64,000 nucleotides of DNA from Bacteroidales bacterium (GTDB lineage Bacteria > Bacteroidota > Bacteroidia > Bacteroidales > UBA4417), in assembly GCA_016707785.1 (NCBI GenBank), contig JADJGZ010000002.1, forward strand, positions 77,033-141,032, given 5' to 3'. The notes beneath the pieces were generated by a model. It was given only the letters and a program-made list of their open reading frames with translations, ran no database searches and was not told the DNA's origin. Position 1 is the first letter of the stretch. Every line of letters begins with the position of its first letter. Positions 45,625 to 55,482 of this stretch are shown here, piece by piece. The translations under genes were made by a program, and so were the position numbers.

Positions 45625-47025
45625 TTATGCAATCTCCGCTTTTGCCCGCCGTAAAGCGAGTTCGTTACTGATTACGGCCATCTTTTTTTCATTGAGGGGG
45701 TAAAACGCAATAAAGGCTACAGAAAGGACGGTTCCTATAGCAGGAAGGAAACTCAGCATTAAACGGATACCGGTCAGGGCATTTTCTGATTGTTCAATAT
45801 TGGCTTTGAATCCGTAATACCCCAGTAGCCACCCTGTGAGGGCGCCACCCAGGGTCCAGCCGAATTTCTGTGACATGGAAGAGGATGAAAATATCAATCC
45901 TGTAGCCCTGCGGCCTGTACTCCATTCGGAATAGTCGGTAATATCGGCATACATCGACCAAAGCAAGGGGAAAATGCTCCCGGCACACATACTGATCAGG
46001 CATTGAATCACCATCATCATGGCGATGTTTCCCTGTCCGACGGTATAAAAAGCCAGGCTAAATATGGTGGCAAATATCATGGCCCACAAATAGGTTGTTT
46101 TCTTGCCAAAGCGGTTGGAGAGCGGGGAAACAATAATAATACCGACAATGTTGAATACCTGTCCGAGTACCAGGTACAAGGTCGTCAGGGTCAAAGAAAC
46201 ACTGATCAGCGGCATTTGAACGGTATTTTGTTCCAGCACATAATATTTGAAATAATAAACTGCGGCACCATCGCGGATTGAATTGAAAATGAGCGCTGCA
46301 ATGCCTGATCCAAGCAATATCCACCAGGGTCGGTTATGTAACAGGTCCCTGATATCTTGTTTCAGGGAATCGTTTTTGGCATCAATAGGTTTCACCCGTT
46401 CCCTGGTAAGCCAGAAGCAGCCCAGGAAGAAAATAACGCAAAGGGCTGCTATCACCATCACTCCAAAGGTCCAGCCCGTTTGAATATTACCGTTGGCATT
46501 GGATGTAAAATATCTCACCAATGGGTCGATCAGGATAAGGGCAATGAAACTGCCGATAAAAGCGAATACCATCCTATAGGAAGAAAGTACATTTCGTTCC
46601 CTGCTATCCGGCGACATCACTCCAAGCAGGGAGGCATAAGGGACATTGATCATGGAATAAACCATCATCATCAATGAGTAGGTGATATAGGCATAGATAA
46701 GTTTCCCGGTTACTGAAAAATCCGGGGTAATAAACATCAGGGTGCCTATGAGTCCAAAAGGGAAAGCAAACCAAAGAAGATACGGGCGGAATTTCCCCCA
46801 TTTTGATTTTGTCCTGTCGCCCATCACGCCTACCACCGGATCGAAAACGGTATCCCATATCCGGGTGATCAGGAACATGGTTCCAACCGCAGCTGCCGGA
46901 AGGCCGGCTACATCTGTATAGAAAAACAGGAGATACATCCCGAAAATCTTCCAGAACATGGATGAGGCGAGATCCCCAAAACCGTATCCAATCTTTTCCT
47001 TCAGTTTCAGCTTATCTGTTATCAT
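45625..47025 (-). CDS. GPH-family (glycoside-pentoside-hexuronide) sugar:cation symporter, MFS superfamily
   Basis: 466 aa with about 12 TM segments. The N-terminus is [34 protein letters not shown]...[13 protein letters not shown]. Its start overlaps the GH130 stop by ATGA (47022-47025). Confidence 0.9.
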   Translation of the reverse strand: MITDKLKLKEKIGYGFGDLASSMFWKIFGMYLLFFYTDVAGLPAAAVGTMFLITRIWDTVFDPVVGVMGDRTKSKWGKFRPYLLWFAFPFGLIGTLMFITPDFSVTGKLIYAYITYSLMMMVYSMINVPYASLLGVMSPDSRERNVLSSYRMVFAFIGSFIALILIDPLVRYFTSNANGNIQTGWTFGVMVIAALCVIFFLGCFWLTRERVKPIDAKNDSLKQDIRDLLHNRPWWILLGSGIAALIFNSIRDGAAVYYFKYYVLEQNTVQMPLISVSLTLTTLYLVLGQVFNIVGIIIVSPLSNRFGKKTTYLWAMIFATIFSLAFYTVGQGNIAMMMVIQCLISMCAGSIFPLLWSMYADITDYSEWSTGRRATGLIFSSSSMSQKFGWTLGGALTGWLLGYYGFKANIEQSENALTGIRLMLSFLPAIGTVLSVAFIAFYPLNEKKMAVISNELALRRAKAEIA

Positions 47026-48200
47026 TTCCCAAGATATGACCTGTTATGTTCAACCATTTCCTTCACTGTATTCATGGATGTAGCAGAGCGATATCCGTCT
47101 GTCCGGCTATTCAGGCAATAGTCGGTGAGCCGGTTAATGGCAGAAACGGCTACATGAAGCCGTGTATCGGAAGAGGCGTAATAAATATAGACAGTTCCAT
47201 CCTCATCCGCGATCCAGCCGTTTGAAAAGAGCACATTTGACACATCTCCAACCCGTTCATCACCTTCGGGGGCAAGGAAATATCCTCCCGGCTGGGCAAT
47301 GATCCTGTCGGGTTCTTCGAGAGAGGTCATGAACATATATAACACATATCGAAGTCCTGCAGCACAGCCTCTTACACCATGGGCAAGATGAAGCCAGCCG
47401 TTGGCGGTTTTTATGGGAGCCGGGCCCAATCCATTTTTCAATTCCTTAATGGTATGGTATTTCCGGTGATCAATAACCTTTTCCTGATTGATTTGTGCAT
47501 TGGTGATATCGTCAATAAGTGCCCAGCCAATAGCTCCACCGGCTCCGGCTTCAATAAAACCATCCTGGGGACGGGTGTACAATGCATACTTGCCATTCAC
47601 AAATTCAGGATGCAGTACCACATTTCTTTGCTGATGGGCAGATTTCAAATCAGGAAGCCGCTCCCAGGATTCCAGGTCGTGGCTCCTGATGATTCCTGCG
47701 GAGGCTTTCGCTGAAAATTCGTCACCAGCCGGGGCGGAAGGGTCTTTTCTTTCAGAACAAAAGACTCCGTAAATCCACCCGTCTTCATGCGCCGTGAGCC
47801 TGATGTCGTAAACATTTGTTTCCGGATTATCGGATTCTGGTAAAATGAGCGGCAGTTCCCTGAATCTGAAATTATCGATACCATTTTCACTTTCGGCAAC
47901 AGCAAAGAAGGATTTCCTGTCACTTCCTTCTACACGGGCAACAAGCACATATTTATTCCTGAATTTGATAGCACCGGCATTAAAAACAGCATTAATTCCG
48001 AAGCGTTCCAGGAAATTCGGATTTGTGGTGGGATCGAAATCGTACCGCCAAATCAGTGGAGCATGCGCTGCTGTGAGGATGGGATTTTCACATCGGTTAA
48101 AAATTCCATTACCGGGTTCAATAATTTTGTTTTTCCTGCTAAGGAGTGATTCCTGTAGTTCTGACAGAATCAATACCCTTTCCTGGTAATCTTTATTCAT
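47022..48200 (-). CDS. GH130 glycoside phosphorylase, 4-O-beta-D-mannosyl-D-glucose phosphorylase type
   Basis: 392 aa and cytoplasmic (no signal peptide). The N-terminal region is [62 protein letters not shown], typical of GH130_1 enzymes. Synteny with the symporter and epimerase supports the call. Confidence 0.88.
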   Translation of the reverse strand: MNKDYQERVLILSELQESLLSRKNKIIEPGNGIFNRCENPILTAAHAPLIWRYDFDPTTNPNFLERFGINAVFNAGAIKFRNKYVLVARVEGSDRKSFFAVAESENGIDNFRFRELPLILPESDNPETNVYDIRLTAHEDGWIYGVFCSERKDPSAPAGDEFSAKASAGIIRSHDLESWERLPDLKSAHQQRNVVLHPEFVNGKYALYTRPQDGFIEAGAGGAIGWALIDDITNAQINQEKVIDHRKYHTIKELKNGLGPAPIKTANGWLHLAHGVRGCAAGLRYVLYMFMTSLEEPDRIIAQPGGYFLAPEGDERVGDVSNVLFSNGWIADEDGTVYIYYASSDTRLHVAVSAINRLTDYCLNSRTDGYRSATSMNTVKEMVEHNRSYLGK

Positions 48201-48223
48201 TGGATTCTTTTAAGTTCATCTTT

Positions 48224-49330
48224 TCAATTCAGGTCTTTTCGGAAGAGCGTCTCCGGAAAAGAATATAATTTGAGGAAGTCCTTTTCACTGGGGTGTCCGG
48301 GATAGGGCATATAATAGTGATTCGGACGGTTGGCAGCATTTCTCCAGAAAAGTACATAAGAGAGTCTGAAATCCTTAATGGTGGGCCAAAGTACGTTGGT
48401 CCACCACAAAGAATCAGGAATCTGCTCATAACCCATTTCTGTGATGGCCGGGATTTTACCTGTTTTACGAGCTGCTTCTTCAAGGAAACTAAGCTTCTGC
48501 TTTACCAGGGCCATAAATTCATCATTTTTCATTTTCGGAGATTGATAGAAATCAAATCCGATCATATCTACATAATTATTCCCCGGGTAACGGTCGAGAA
48601 ACCCTTCGCAACTATTGAAATTATCCGCATTGGAATAGACGGTAATGATATTATGTACCTCTTTAATTTGAAGGAGGTAATTGATGGTAAAGATGTAGAG
48701 TTGTTTGAATTCGTCTGAAGAGCAGTGGGCTTTCCCCCACCAGAACCAGTCTCCTTCAAGTTCATGAAAGGGCCTGAATAATACGGGGATAGGCTTACCA
48801 TTCTCATCCGTCAGGCTTTTTAAAAACGATGCAAGTTTATCAAGCCATTCAGTATAGAGGATATTTTTAGCATTTCCCGGAAGGATACTTTTTACTGCCC
48901 CGGGATCGGATATATCCCAGGAGCTCCCCCCTGTTAAAGGGTTATTGCAATGCCAGCTATACTGGTTGATGCCACCCATGTTATGCACTGTAAGGGCAAA
49001 CTCCTGCATCTGAAGAAATGAAACAGAATCCAGGTTATACGCTGATCCGGTTTCGATATGACCCAGGTCCCAACCGAAAACTGCAGGATAATCACCAAGA
49101 ATCCTGAACACATCTGATTGTCCGGAAGGGTATTTCCAACCTATTCCATAAGCCAGGTCATCCTGGTGGCCAAACATGATGCCTTTTTGGGTAGTTGATA
49201 TTAATTTCTTATAAAGCTGTTGAGTTTCAGTTGTAGCTTTTTTATCTGCCAATGTATTTACACCCTGAGCCTGGAGGAAACCTGAATAAAGCAGGACACT
49301 GGAAAGGATAAAACATAGCATTATTTTCAT
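48224..49330 (-). CDS. GH26 endo-beta-1,4-mannanase
   Basis: 368 aa with a signal peptide. GH26 landmarks are IMFGHQDDL, SWHCNNP, FRPFHELEGDWFWWG and ITEMGYE. Confidence 0.9.
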   Translation of the reverse strand: MKIMLCFILSSVLLYSGFLQAQGVNTLADKKATTETQQLYKKLISTTQKGIMFGHQDDLAYGIGWKYPSGQSDVFRILGDYPAVFGWDLGHIETGSAYNLDSVSFLQMQEFALTVHNMGGINQYSWHCNNPLTGGSSWDISDPGAVKSILPGNAKNILYTEWLDKLASFLKSLTDENGKPIPVLFRPFHELEGDWFWWGKAHCSSDEFKQLYIFTINYLLQIKEVHNIITVYSNADNFNSCEGFLDRYPGNNYVDMIGFDFYQSPKMKNDEFMALVKQKLSFLEEAARKTGKIPAITEMGYEQIPDSLWWTNVLWPTIKDFRLSYVLFWRNAANRPNHYYMPYPGHPSEKDFLKLYSFPETLFRKDLN

Positions 49331-49405
49331 GGAATTGGCTTTAAATGATGACCAGGCTTCTGGAAGGTTTCAAAAATTGAGTGATAAAAGAAAGAATCGG
49401 AATGG

Positions 49406-50698
49406 TTATTTGACCTTTTTTAATACTTCCGATATTTTCTGATTGAATACATTGATCAATGGTATCGTGGAATCAGTATTGAAGACAGAGTTTAGGCCCT
49501 GTTCCTCATTAGGAGGATCACCTACATAATCATCATTAGGTTGCCAGTAAAGGTTTGAGGGGCGGCCTTCTCCACCCATTCCCCAGAAATTGCATCCGGC
49601 TAAAACATCCTTGGTTTTAGCATGTTCCACCACCTGCATGAAGGCATTTCTATAATATTCGTCACGAGCATTTGTTGTTTCACTTAACTGGTAACCATGA
49701 AAATCCCTGGGAAGGCCAAATTCTTCCAGGACAATAGGTTTGTTCAGTTTTCGTGCCACCTTTATGTGTCGTTGCATGTATTGATTTGTGCTATCGATGC
49801 TCAATTGCAGGGTGCCGCTGATATTTTTAATATCGAGCCAGCTCCAGTTTTTAGGCCAGATATGCATGGTGAGGTAATCGACATTAGGATCCGCATGGAT
49901 TTGTTCAAAATATTCGAGTGATTTTTCGCAGCCATGCTGGCCCTCTGTACCTGTGGTAACAAGGTGGTTTGGATCCAGTTGTTTGATATATGCTGCTACA
50001 TCACTGATCCATGCCTTGAGTGCAGGAAGATTTTCAGTAGAAAAAGCCCGTGGCTCATTACCGATTTCCCAGGTCATGATTGCCGGGTCATTTATGTACT
50101 TAAGTCCGCTGTAACGATTCGTCCTGCTGAGGATAAAAGTGATGAAATCCTTGTATTGCTTCTTGCAGTTCTCACAATTCATAAACTGTCCGGAGAATTG
50201 CATAAACTCCTGCCAGGTATTGGGTTTTACCATTGGATAGGGGATTTTTCCGTACCCGTTCCAATTGAGGTATTGAGCAAATCCTCCTGACCAGTCCCAA
50301 CTGTTGTTTAGGAAAAGAATGGCTTTCATTTCACGTTTTCCTAACTCAGCCATCAGATAATCCAGTCCATCAAGCATATCTTCATTATACACTCCCGGTG
50401 AGATTTGTAAAACCGGGGTAACGCGGAAAGGCTCGCCAGCGGGGCCTTCTGCACCTACCTGAATCCTCAGGTTATCAATTCCGCATTGCTTCATGAAATC
50501 AAGTTCCCTTTCCAGGCGTGGCCGGTCGCCGGTAGGAGAAGCCAGGATCGTTCCGTACCAGTAGTTTGCCCCTATATAGTAATAGGGCTTCCCTTCCAGT
50601 TGAAATGTATGGTCATTGATGCTGATGAATGAATGATCCTGGGCTTTCAGCGAAAGAATGGAGAAAAGAAGTAATCCGGTTATCAAAAGCCATTTCAT
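49406..50698 (-). CDS. GH5 glycoside hydrolase, probable endo-beta-mannanase
   Basis: ATG 50698 (MKWLLITGLLLFSILSLKAQ, a signal peptide) is preferred over ORF-track start 50731. GH5 motifs are MTWEIGNEPR (acid/base Glu) and VLEEFGLPRD (nucleophile Glu). It is the first gene of the mannan operon. Confidence 0.85.
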   Translation of the reverse strand: MKWLLITGLLLFSILSLKAQDHSFISINDHTFQLEGKPYYYIGANYWYGTILASPTGDRPRLERELDFMKQCGIDNLRIQVGAEGPAGEPFRVTPVLQISPGVYNEDMLDGLDYLMAELGKREMKAILFLNNSWDWSGGFAQYLNWNGYGKIPYPMVKPNTWQEFMQFSGQFMNCENCKKQYKDFITFILSRTNRYSGLKYINDPAIMTWEIGNEPRAFSTENLPALKAWISDVAAYIKQLDPNHLVTTGTEGQHGCEKSLEYFEQIHADPNVDYLTMHIWPKNWSWLDIKNISGTLQLSIDSTNQYMQRHIKVARKLNKPIVLEEFGLPRDFHGYQLSETTNARDEYYRNAFMQVVEHAKTKDVLAGCNFWGMGGEGRPSNLYWQPNDDYVGDPPNEEQGLNSVFNTDSTIPLINVFNQKISEVLKKVK

Positions 50699-51135
50699 CA
50701 TAAATACAAGGTTAAGCAATAACTTTGTCAATAATGCTGACCCAATTATTACTCTTGGACCAGGTTTTATTCATTCCAGGAAAATCCGAAATAATTCAAC
50801 AGATTCCTTAGGGGAATCGTAATATGATTCAAAGGTAGGCAGAAGGATGATTTTTCAATTATATCATTTTTTTAAATCATGGTATTATAATGACCTCTTT
50901 AAAGTCTGATGAGAAATGTATTATTATACTCATTATTAATACTATTTTATCTTCTTTATTAAAATAATATCAATCTTTGAAAAGTCATTATTTTTTACTG
51001 GTTGATTATTAGTGTGTTATGCAGTTACTTTATTAATACAATATTAACAGAATCATATATTAACAGTGATATTAGTTTTGCATATACTATATTTGAGTCT
51101 GTTTTCGTCAGTTATTAACCCTAAATGATAGCATC

Positions 51136-52017
51136 ATGCGCGACAACATTCTCAGGGAAATAACGCCTCTTACTCAGGGGGATTGTTTTACTATGTTCAC
51201 CCGAAAGAAAGCTGCCTTTGATTTTCCCTTGCATTATCATGAAGATATAGAATTGAATCTTATTCTCAATGGAGCCGGTGCAAAACGATTGATCGGGGAT
51301 CATATGGAAGAGATAGGGGATTATGAACTTGTGATGATTGGCCCTAATCTTCAGCATGCGTGGTTTGGGGAAGGATTTAAGGAGAATCAGATTACAGAAG
51401 TTACTCTTCAGTTTCACAAGGACTTCCTGGATGAGAAATTCCTTTATCGGAATCAACTTAGATTCATAAGGATCATGATTGAAAAGTCAAGCCGTGGTAT
51501 CTTATTCTCAAATCATACTACAAAGCTATTGGCTCCAAGAATAATGGACCTGGGTAAAAAGCAGGGCTTTGATTCCGTCCTGGAATTATTGTCGATTCTG
51601 CACGACCTTTCTGTTTCCCGAAATTACCGGTTACTATCTGACATGTCCTTTAATAATACTGAAAAGCTTTCTTTTAATAGTCGGCGCATTGATAAGGTAA
51701 TGACCTATTCGAGACTGAATTTCCAGAAACAGATTTCATTATCAGAGGTGGCCCGGATAACGAATATGACAGAATCGGCATTTAGTCGGTTCTTCAAACT
51801 CAGAACGGGAATGACATTCATTGACAGCCTGATTGAGATTCGGCTGGGTCATGCTTCACGAAGCCTTATTGAAACAACGGAATCCATTTCCGAAATCGCC
51901 TATAATTGTGGCTTTAATAACATATCCAATTTCAACAGGATCTTCAAAAAGAAGAAGGGTTGTACGCCTAAAGAATTAAGGGAAAGCTACGATCAGGGGA
52001 GCAGGGTGTTCGTTTAA
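51136..52017 (+). CDS. AraC-family transcriptional regulator (cupin sensor plus HTH)
   Basis: 293 aa. The N-terminal cupin is FDFPLHYHEDIELNLILNGAG. The C-terminal HTH pair is SLSEVARITNMTESAFSRFFK...ISEIAYNCGFNNISNFNRIFKKKKGCTPKELR. It is divergent from the mannan operon. Confidence 0.9.
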   Translation: MRDNILREITPLTQGDCFTMFTRKKAAFDFPLHYHEDIELNLILNGAGAKRLIGDHMEEIGDYELVMIGPNLQHAWFGEGFKENQITEVTLQFHKDFLDEKFLYRNQLRFIRIMIEKSSRGILFSNHTTKLLAPRIMDLGKKQGFDSVLELLSILHDLSVSRNYRLLSDMSFNNTEKLSFNSRRIDKVMTYSRLNFQKQISLSEVARITNMTESAFSRFFKLRTGMTFIDSLIEIRLGHASRSLIETTESISEIAYNCGFNNISNFNRIFKKKKGCTPKELRESYDQGSRVFV

Positions 52018-52193
52018 TAAATGGGTTGAGTGGAATAGGTTATGGGCATGGGCTGGAAGGATGATCTTTTTTCACCGCAAGGACGCAAGGAAGGCGCTAA
52101 GACGCAAGGGGAGCAGGGTGTTCGTTTAATCTTTATTCGCTCTGTTCATTTTACCGCTAGGACGCAAGGGGGGCGCAAAGACGCTAATGAAGG
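51996..52193. repeat. Imperfect tandem duplication that includes the last 23 nt of the AraC gene plus GACGCAAGG-rich units
   Basis: GGGGAGCAGGGTGTTCGTTTAAT occurs at 51996-52018 (the end of the AraC CDS including its stop) and again at 52108-52130. Related units lie at 52073-52110 (CACCGCAAGGACGCAAGGAAGGCGCTAAGACGCAAGG) and 52152-52193 (TACCGCTAGGACGCAAGGGGGGCGCAAAGACGCTAATGAAGG). Confidence 0.85.
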
Positions 52194-52255
52194 AAAGGTT
52201 CAGAGGGGATGAAAAAATCGGGGAGGGAACTAAAAAAGTTGAATATCAAAAAAGC

Positions 52256-54247
52256 TTATTCTTTTACGAGCAGGCAGGTTTCACGGCCTGATGGCGATGT
52301 GAGGCAACAGATGTAGATGCCGCTTCCAGCTTCTGCCCCGGTTGCAAAACGGCCATTCCATGCGATTTTATTTACCCCTTTGCACAGGAAACCTGTTTCC
52401 ACTACACAGCATTTCACTCCGCAGGCATTAAAAATTTCGACTGTAACCTCTTCCGCTGCAGGCAGAGCAAAGGTGATTGTTGTCAGGTTCTTCATTGGAT
52501 TTGGTGCAACGCCAAGATGAAAGGGTTTATATTCTGCTAACCTTTCGAATCCCAGGGTGCCATTCTCTCTAACAATGGCAGTATCGAGATTTGTAATGGT
52601 AATATTATCAAACCAGATTTTATTTCCACTCGTGCCACCATATTCAGTAGAGAATTCAAACTTGTCTAAGGCAGCCCAATCAAATTTTCCTTCGGCATTA
52701 AACCAGGATCCGTTATCCCATGACCCGCTTTCAACAAATTCAGAAAGAGGGATATGCACATGATGCCAGCGGTTGTCCCAGGCTGCCCGGCTGGCATCAA
52801 TCGTGACCCCAATGCGCCAGGGATGGTCATTGGGGTCTTCAGTTTTTGTATCCAGGAATCTTGCATCAAATTTGATATCTGTTTCATTCCCTCTTACCAT
52901 GAAATCAAGGGCATACCCATTTTCAACCAGCCAGGAGAAATCCCGATCAGGGAGAAAATCAAACCCTAAAGCATTGTATTGACTAAATCCTTTCCATTCG
53001 AGGCAATACTGGTTATTATTGGGTAATAAGGAAGAATAAAAGTCGATAGTCCCGGCAGAATAACTATTATTCACTAAGTTGATCTCAATATAATCGGAAT
53101 ACACCTTCATTCCAGTGGTATCGGGTATCATCGACCAGGAGGTCTGAGGCGGGACATTAAAGCCCAATCCCTGTAATAATGATATATTCAGATCATGATT
53201 AAACATTTGATTGGATCCTTTTTTGAATAAACCAAAACCACCCTGGTAATCCCATGTTGTCCAGGGGATATCGTTTTCCTCCAGGTATTCCCTTACGACC
53301 TGGTACCAGTAAACCCTGTCGGAGGTGTCACAATTGGGGATATACACTCCGAATTCACCGCAAAAAACCTTGACATTCCTGCTGTTTCTGAAATTGATGG
53401 CATAATCGATCAGCGATTTCACTTTTGCCACAGTACCATCAACAGGGTAATTGTTCAGGGCTGATTCCACCCAGGTGCCCAGTAAATCGTTTGGACAAGG
53501 TGGCATGGTCAGCGGATCGTATGGAAATGGAACACCCGATAGTGAAGCCATTGAGGGCGTATTCCAGGTGGCTCCCTGGTGAGTAAACATAAATGGGTCG
53601 TAAAAATGGAAGGTATATAGCAGGTTGGTATCAGCATATGCCGGCAGATTCTGAAGTTCGGAATAGGTATTGTAGCCCGATCCTCCCACAACAATGGTGT
53701 GTTTTGTATCAACAAGCCTGATGGCATCAATTACATTTTTTTGAATGATACCCCAGGCCTGGGTTGATATTCCATGGGGTTCGTTCAATACTTCATACAG
53801 GATATAATTACTCCTGTCTTTGTAATGAGCAGCCATTTGAGGCCAGACTTTCTTGAGAACGGTTTCAACCTGTGGTGAGGTATTCACTGATGGGTCAAAA
53901 CTATGGTCATCGAGGATCAGGTACATTTGAAGTTGCTCCGACCATGTTACCACTGAATCAAGGAAGCTGAAAAAGAGCGGATTCAGGGTATAATCGGGGC
54001 CGCCGGAACTCATTTCATGCAGACTGATGGGTAGACGGATCACATCACAACCCAGACTCTTGATATTGACCAGGTCTTGTTTGGTGTATTTGGTAAATTG
54101 AATTTCGCCGGGGCTATTCACCTGGAACCAGCCGGTAAGATTGACCCCTTTGCTGAACGGAGCCTGGGCTGTGCTGCTGAATGCAAGAAGAAATACATTC
54201 AGGAACAATACAATTGTTTTGAAGTTTCTCATGGCAAAATATCTCAT
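52256..54247 (-). CDS. Secreted GH5 glycoside hydrolase with C-terminal binding-like module and T9SS sorting domain
   Basis: 663 aa with a signal peptide. The GH5 core has KGVNLTGWFQ, LYEVLNEPHG (acid/base Glu) and VFCGEFGV (nucleophile Glu). The C-terminus LGVAPNPMKNLTTITFALPAAEEVTVEIFN...GIYICCLTSPSGRETCLLVKE is a Por-secretion tail. Confidence 0.82.
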   Translation of the reverse strand: MRYFAMRNFKTIVLFLNVFLLAFSSTAQAPFSKGVNLTGWFQVNSPGEIQFTKYTKQDLVNIKSLGCDVIRLPISLHEMSSGGPDYTLNPLFFSFLDSVVTWSEQLQMYLILDDHSFDPSVNTSPQVETVLKKVWPQMAAHYKDRSNYILYEVLNEPHGISTQAWGIIQKNVIDAIRLVDTKHTIVVGGSGYNTYSELQNLPAYADTNLLYTFHFYDPFMFTHQGATWNTPSMASLSGVPFPYDPLTMPPCPNDLLGTWVESALNNYPVDGTVAKVKSLIDYAINFRNSRNVKVFCGEFGVYIPNCDTSDRVYWYQVVREYLEENDIPWTTWDYQGGFGLFKKGSNQMFNHDLNISLLQGLGFNVPPQTSWSMIPDTTGMKVYSDYIEINLVNNSYSAGTIDFYSSLLPNNNQYCLEWKGFSQYNALGFDFLPDRDFSWLVENGYALDFMVRGNETDIKFDARFLDTKTEDPNDHPWRIGVTIDASRAAWDNRWHHVHIPLSEFVESGSWDNGSWFNAEGKFDWAALDKFEFSTEYGGTSGNKIWFDNITITNLDTAIVRENGTLGFERLAEYKPFHLGVAPNPMKNLTTITFALPAAEEVTVEIFNACGVKCCVVETGFLCKGVNKIAWNGRFATGAEAGSGIYICCLTSPSGRETCLLVKE

Positions 54248-54280
54248 ATTAAAGAGGTTAACAATGATTGATTGGGATCT

Positions 54281-55477
54281 TTATTCAGAAAGCCGAAGAA
54301 ATATTACATCGTGAGAGGGAATGACCGCCTTCAAAGGTACTGCAGTGGTACCAGCTGATTTGTGCTGCCATACATCCCTGATTTTATACTCATGACTATC
54401 GAATTCAAAATTCTTTCCGGATAGGGCATCCCGAACCGGATAATGCTTCCAGTCGAAATTAACGGGCAGGTCTTCATCTCCCCTGTTGAGAAAGCAAATA
54501 GCTATCTCATTATTGCTTAAGGGTTTGGCATATACCTGTAGGTTGCCAAAATCGAGGTATTTAAAACACTGAATTCCAAGGGCATCCTGATCAATGGCAA
54601 TTGCCTCCCTGTTGGTAAGAATTTCGAGTGTTTCCTTTGACACCGACCTCAGGTCATTCCCTGCAATGAGTGGGGCTGCAAGCATACACCAAAGTGAAAA
54701 GTGCGCCCTGTCTTCACTCAATGTCATTCCATTTCCTACTTCCATCATATCAGGATCATTCCAGTGGCCCGGGCCTGCATACTTCCTCAGGTCCTTTTGC
54801 TTATCGAGAATCTGAAGCACCCCCAGTGATGACCAGTTTCCATATCCTTTCTCGCAGTTGAAACAGTTGGCAATATCACCGGTTGTCCGCCACATATGCC
54901 CGACATCCTTTGCCCAAAGCCAGGGTTTATTATCACCCCATTCGCAAATACTGAACAGAATCGGCCTTCCGGCATCGTGAAGGGCATCCCGCATGGTTTT
55001 ATAGGCATTTTCGGCATTGATTCCGGTGGTATTACACCAATCATATTTCAGGTAATCGATTCCCCATGAGGCATAGGTGATGGCATCCTGGTATTCATGT
55101 CCGTGACTTCCCGGTTTACCTCCGCAGGTCTGGGTTCCTGCATCGGAATAAATTCCAAGTTTAAGTCCTTTTGAGTGAACATAATCGGAAAGGGCTTTCA
55201 TTCCTGAAGGAAACCTTATCGGATCAGGATGAATAAAACCAAGGCTGTCGCGGCTTCCATGCCAGCAATCATCAATATTGATATACTCATACCCTGCAGC
55301 TCCCATTCCGGTTGACACCATGGCATCTGCTGTTTTCCGGATGAGATCCTCATTAATTTCACAACCAAACTTATTCCAGCTGTTCCATCCCATAGGAGGG
55401 GTTTGTGCAAGATCATATTTTTGAGCTGAAAGGCCCTGGCAGAGGAGGATAAAGGCAATTATTACAGATATTTTCAT
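54281..55477 (-). CDS. GH27 alpha-galactosidase
   Basis: 398 aa with a signal peptide. Motifs are TPPMGWNSWNKFGCEINE, YEYINIDDCW and LKYDWC. Confidence 0.92.
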   Translation of the reverse strand: MKISVIIAFILLCQGLSAQKYDLAQTPPMGWNSWNKFGCEINEDLIRKTADAMVSTGMGAAGYEYINIDDCWHGSRDSLGFIHPDPIRFPSGMKALSDYVHSKGLKLGIYSDAGTQTCGGKPGSHGHEYQDAITYASWGIDYLKYDWCNTTGINAENAYKTMRDALHDAGRPILFSICEWGDNKPWLWAKDVGHMWRTTGDIANCFNCEKGYGNWSSLGVLQILDKQKDLRKYAGPGHWNDPDMMEVGNGMTLSEDRAHFSLWCMLAAPLIAGNDLRSVSKETLEILTNREAIAIDQDALGIQCFKYLDFGNLQVYAKPLSNNEIAICFLNRGDEDLPVNFDWKHYPVRDALSGKNFEFDSHEYKIRDVWQHKSAGTTAVPLKAVIPSHDVIFLRLSE

Positions 55478-55482
55478 ATTGT

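Noticed and set aside
51121-51456. 111-aa minus-strand ORF overlapping the 5' end of the AraC regulator gene
   Set aside because: It is antisense to a well-supported AraC cupin domain. It has no motifs and would leave the mannan promoter region without a regulator N-terminus.
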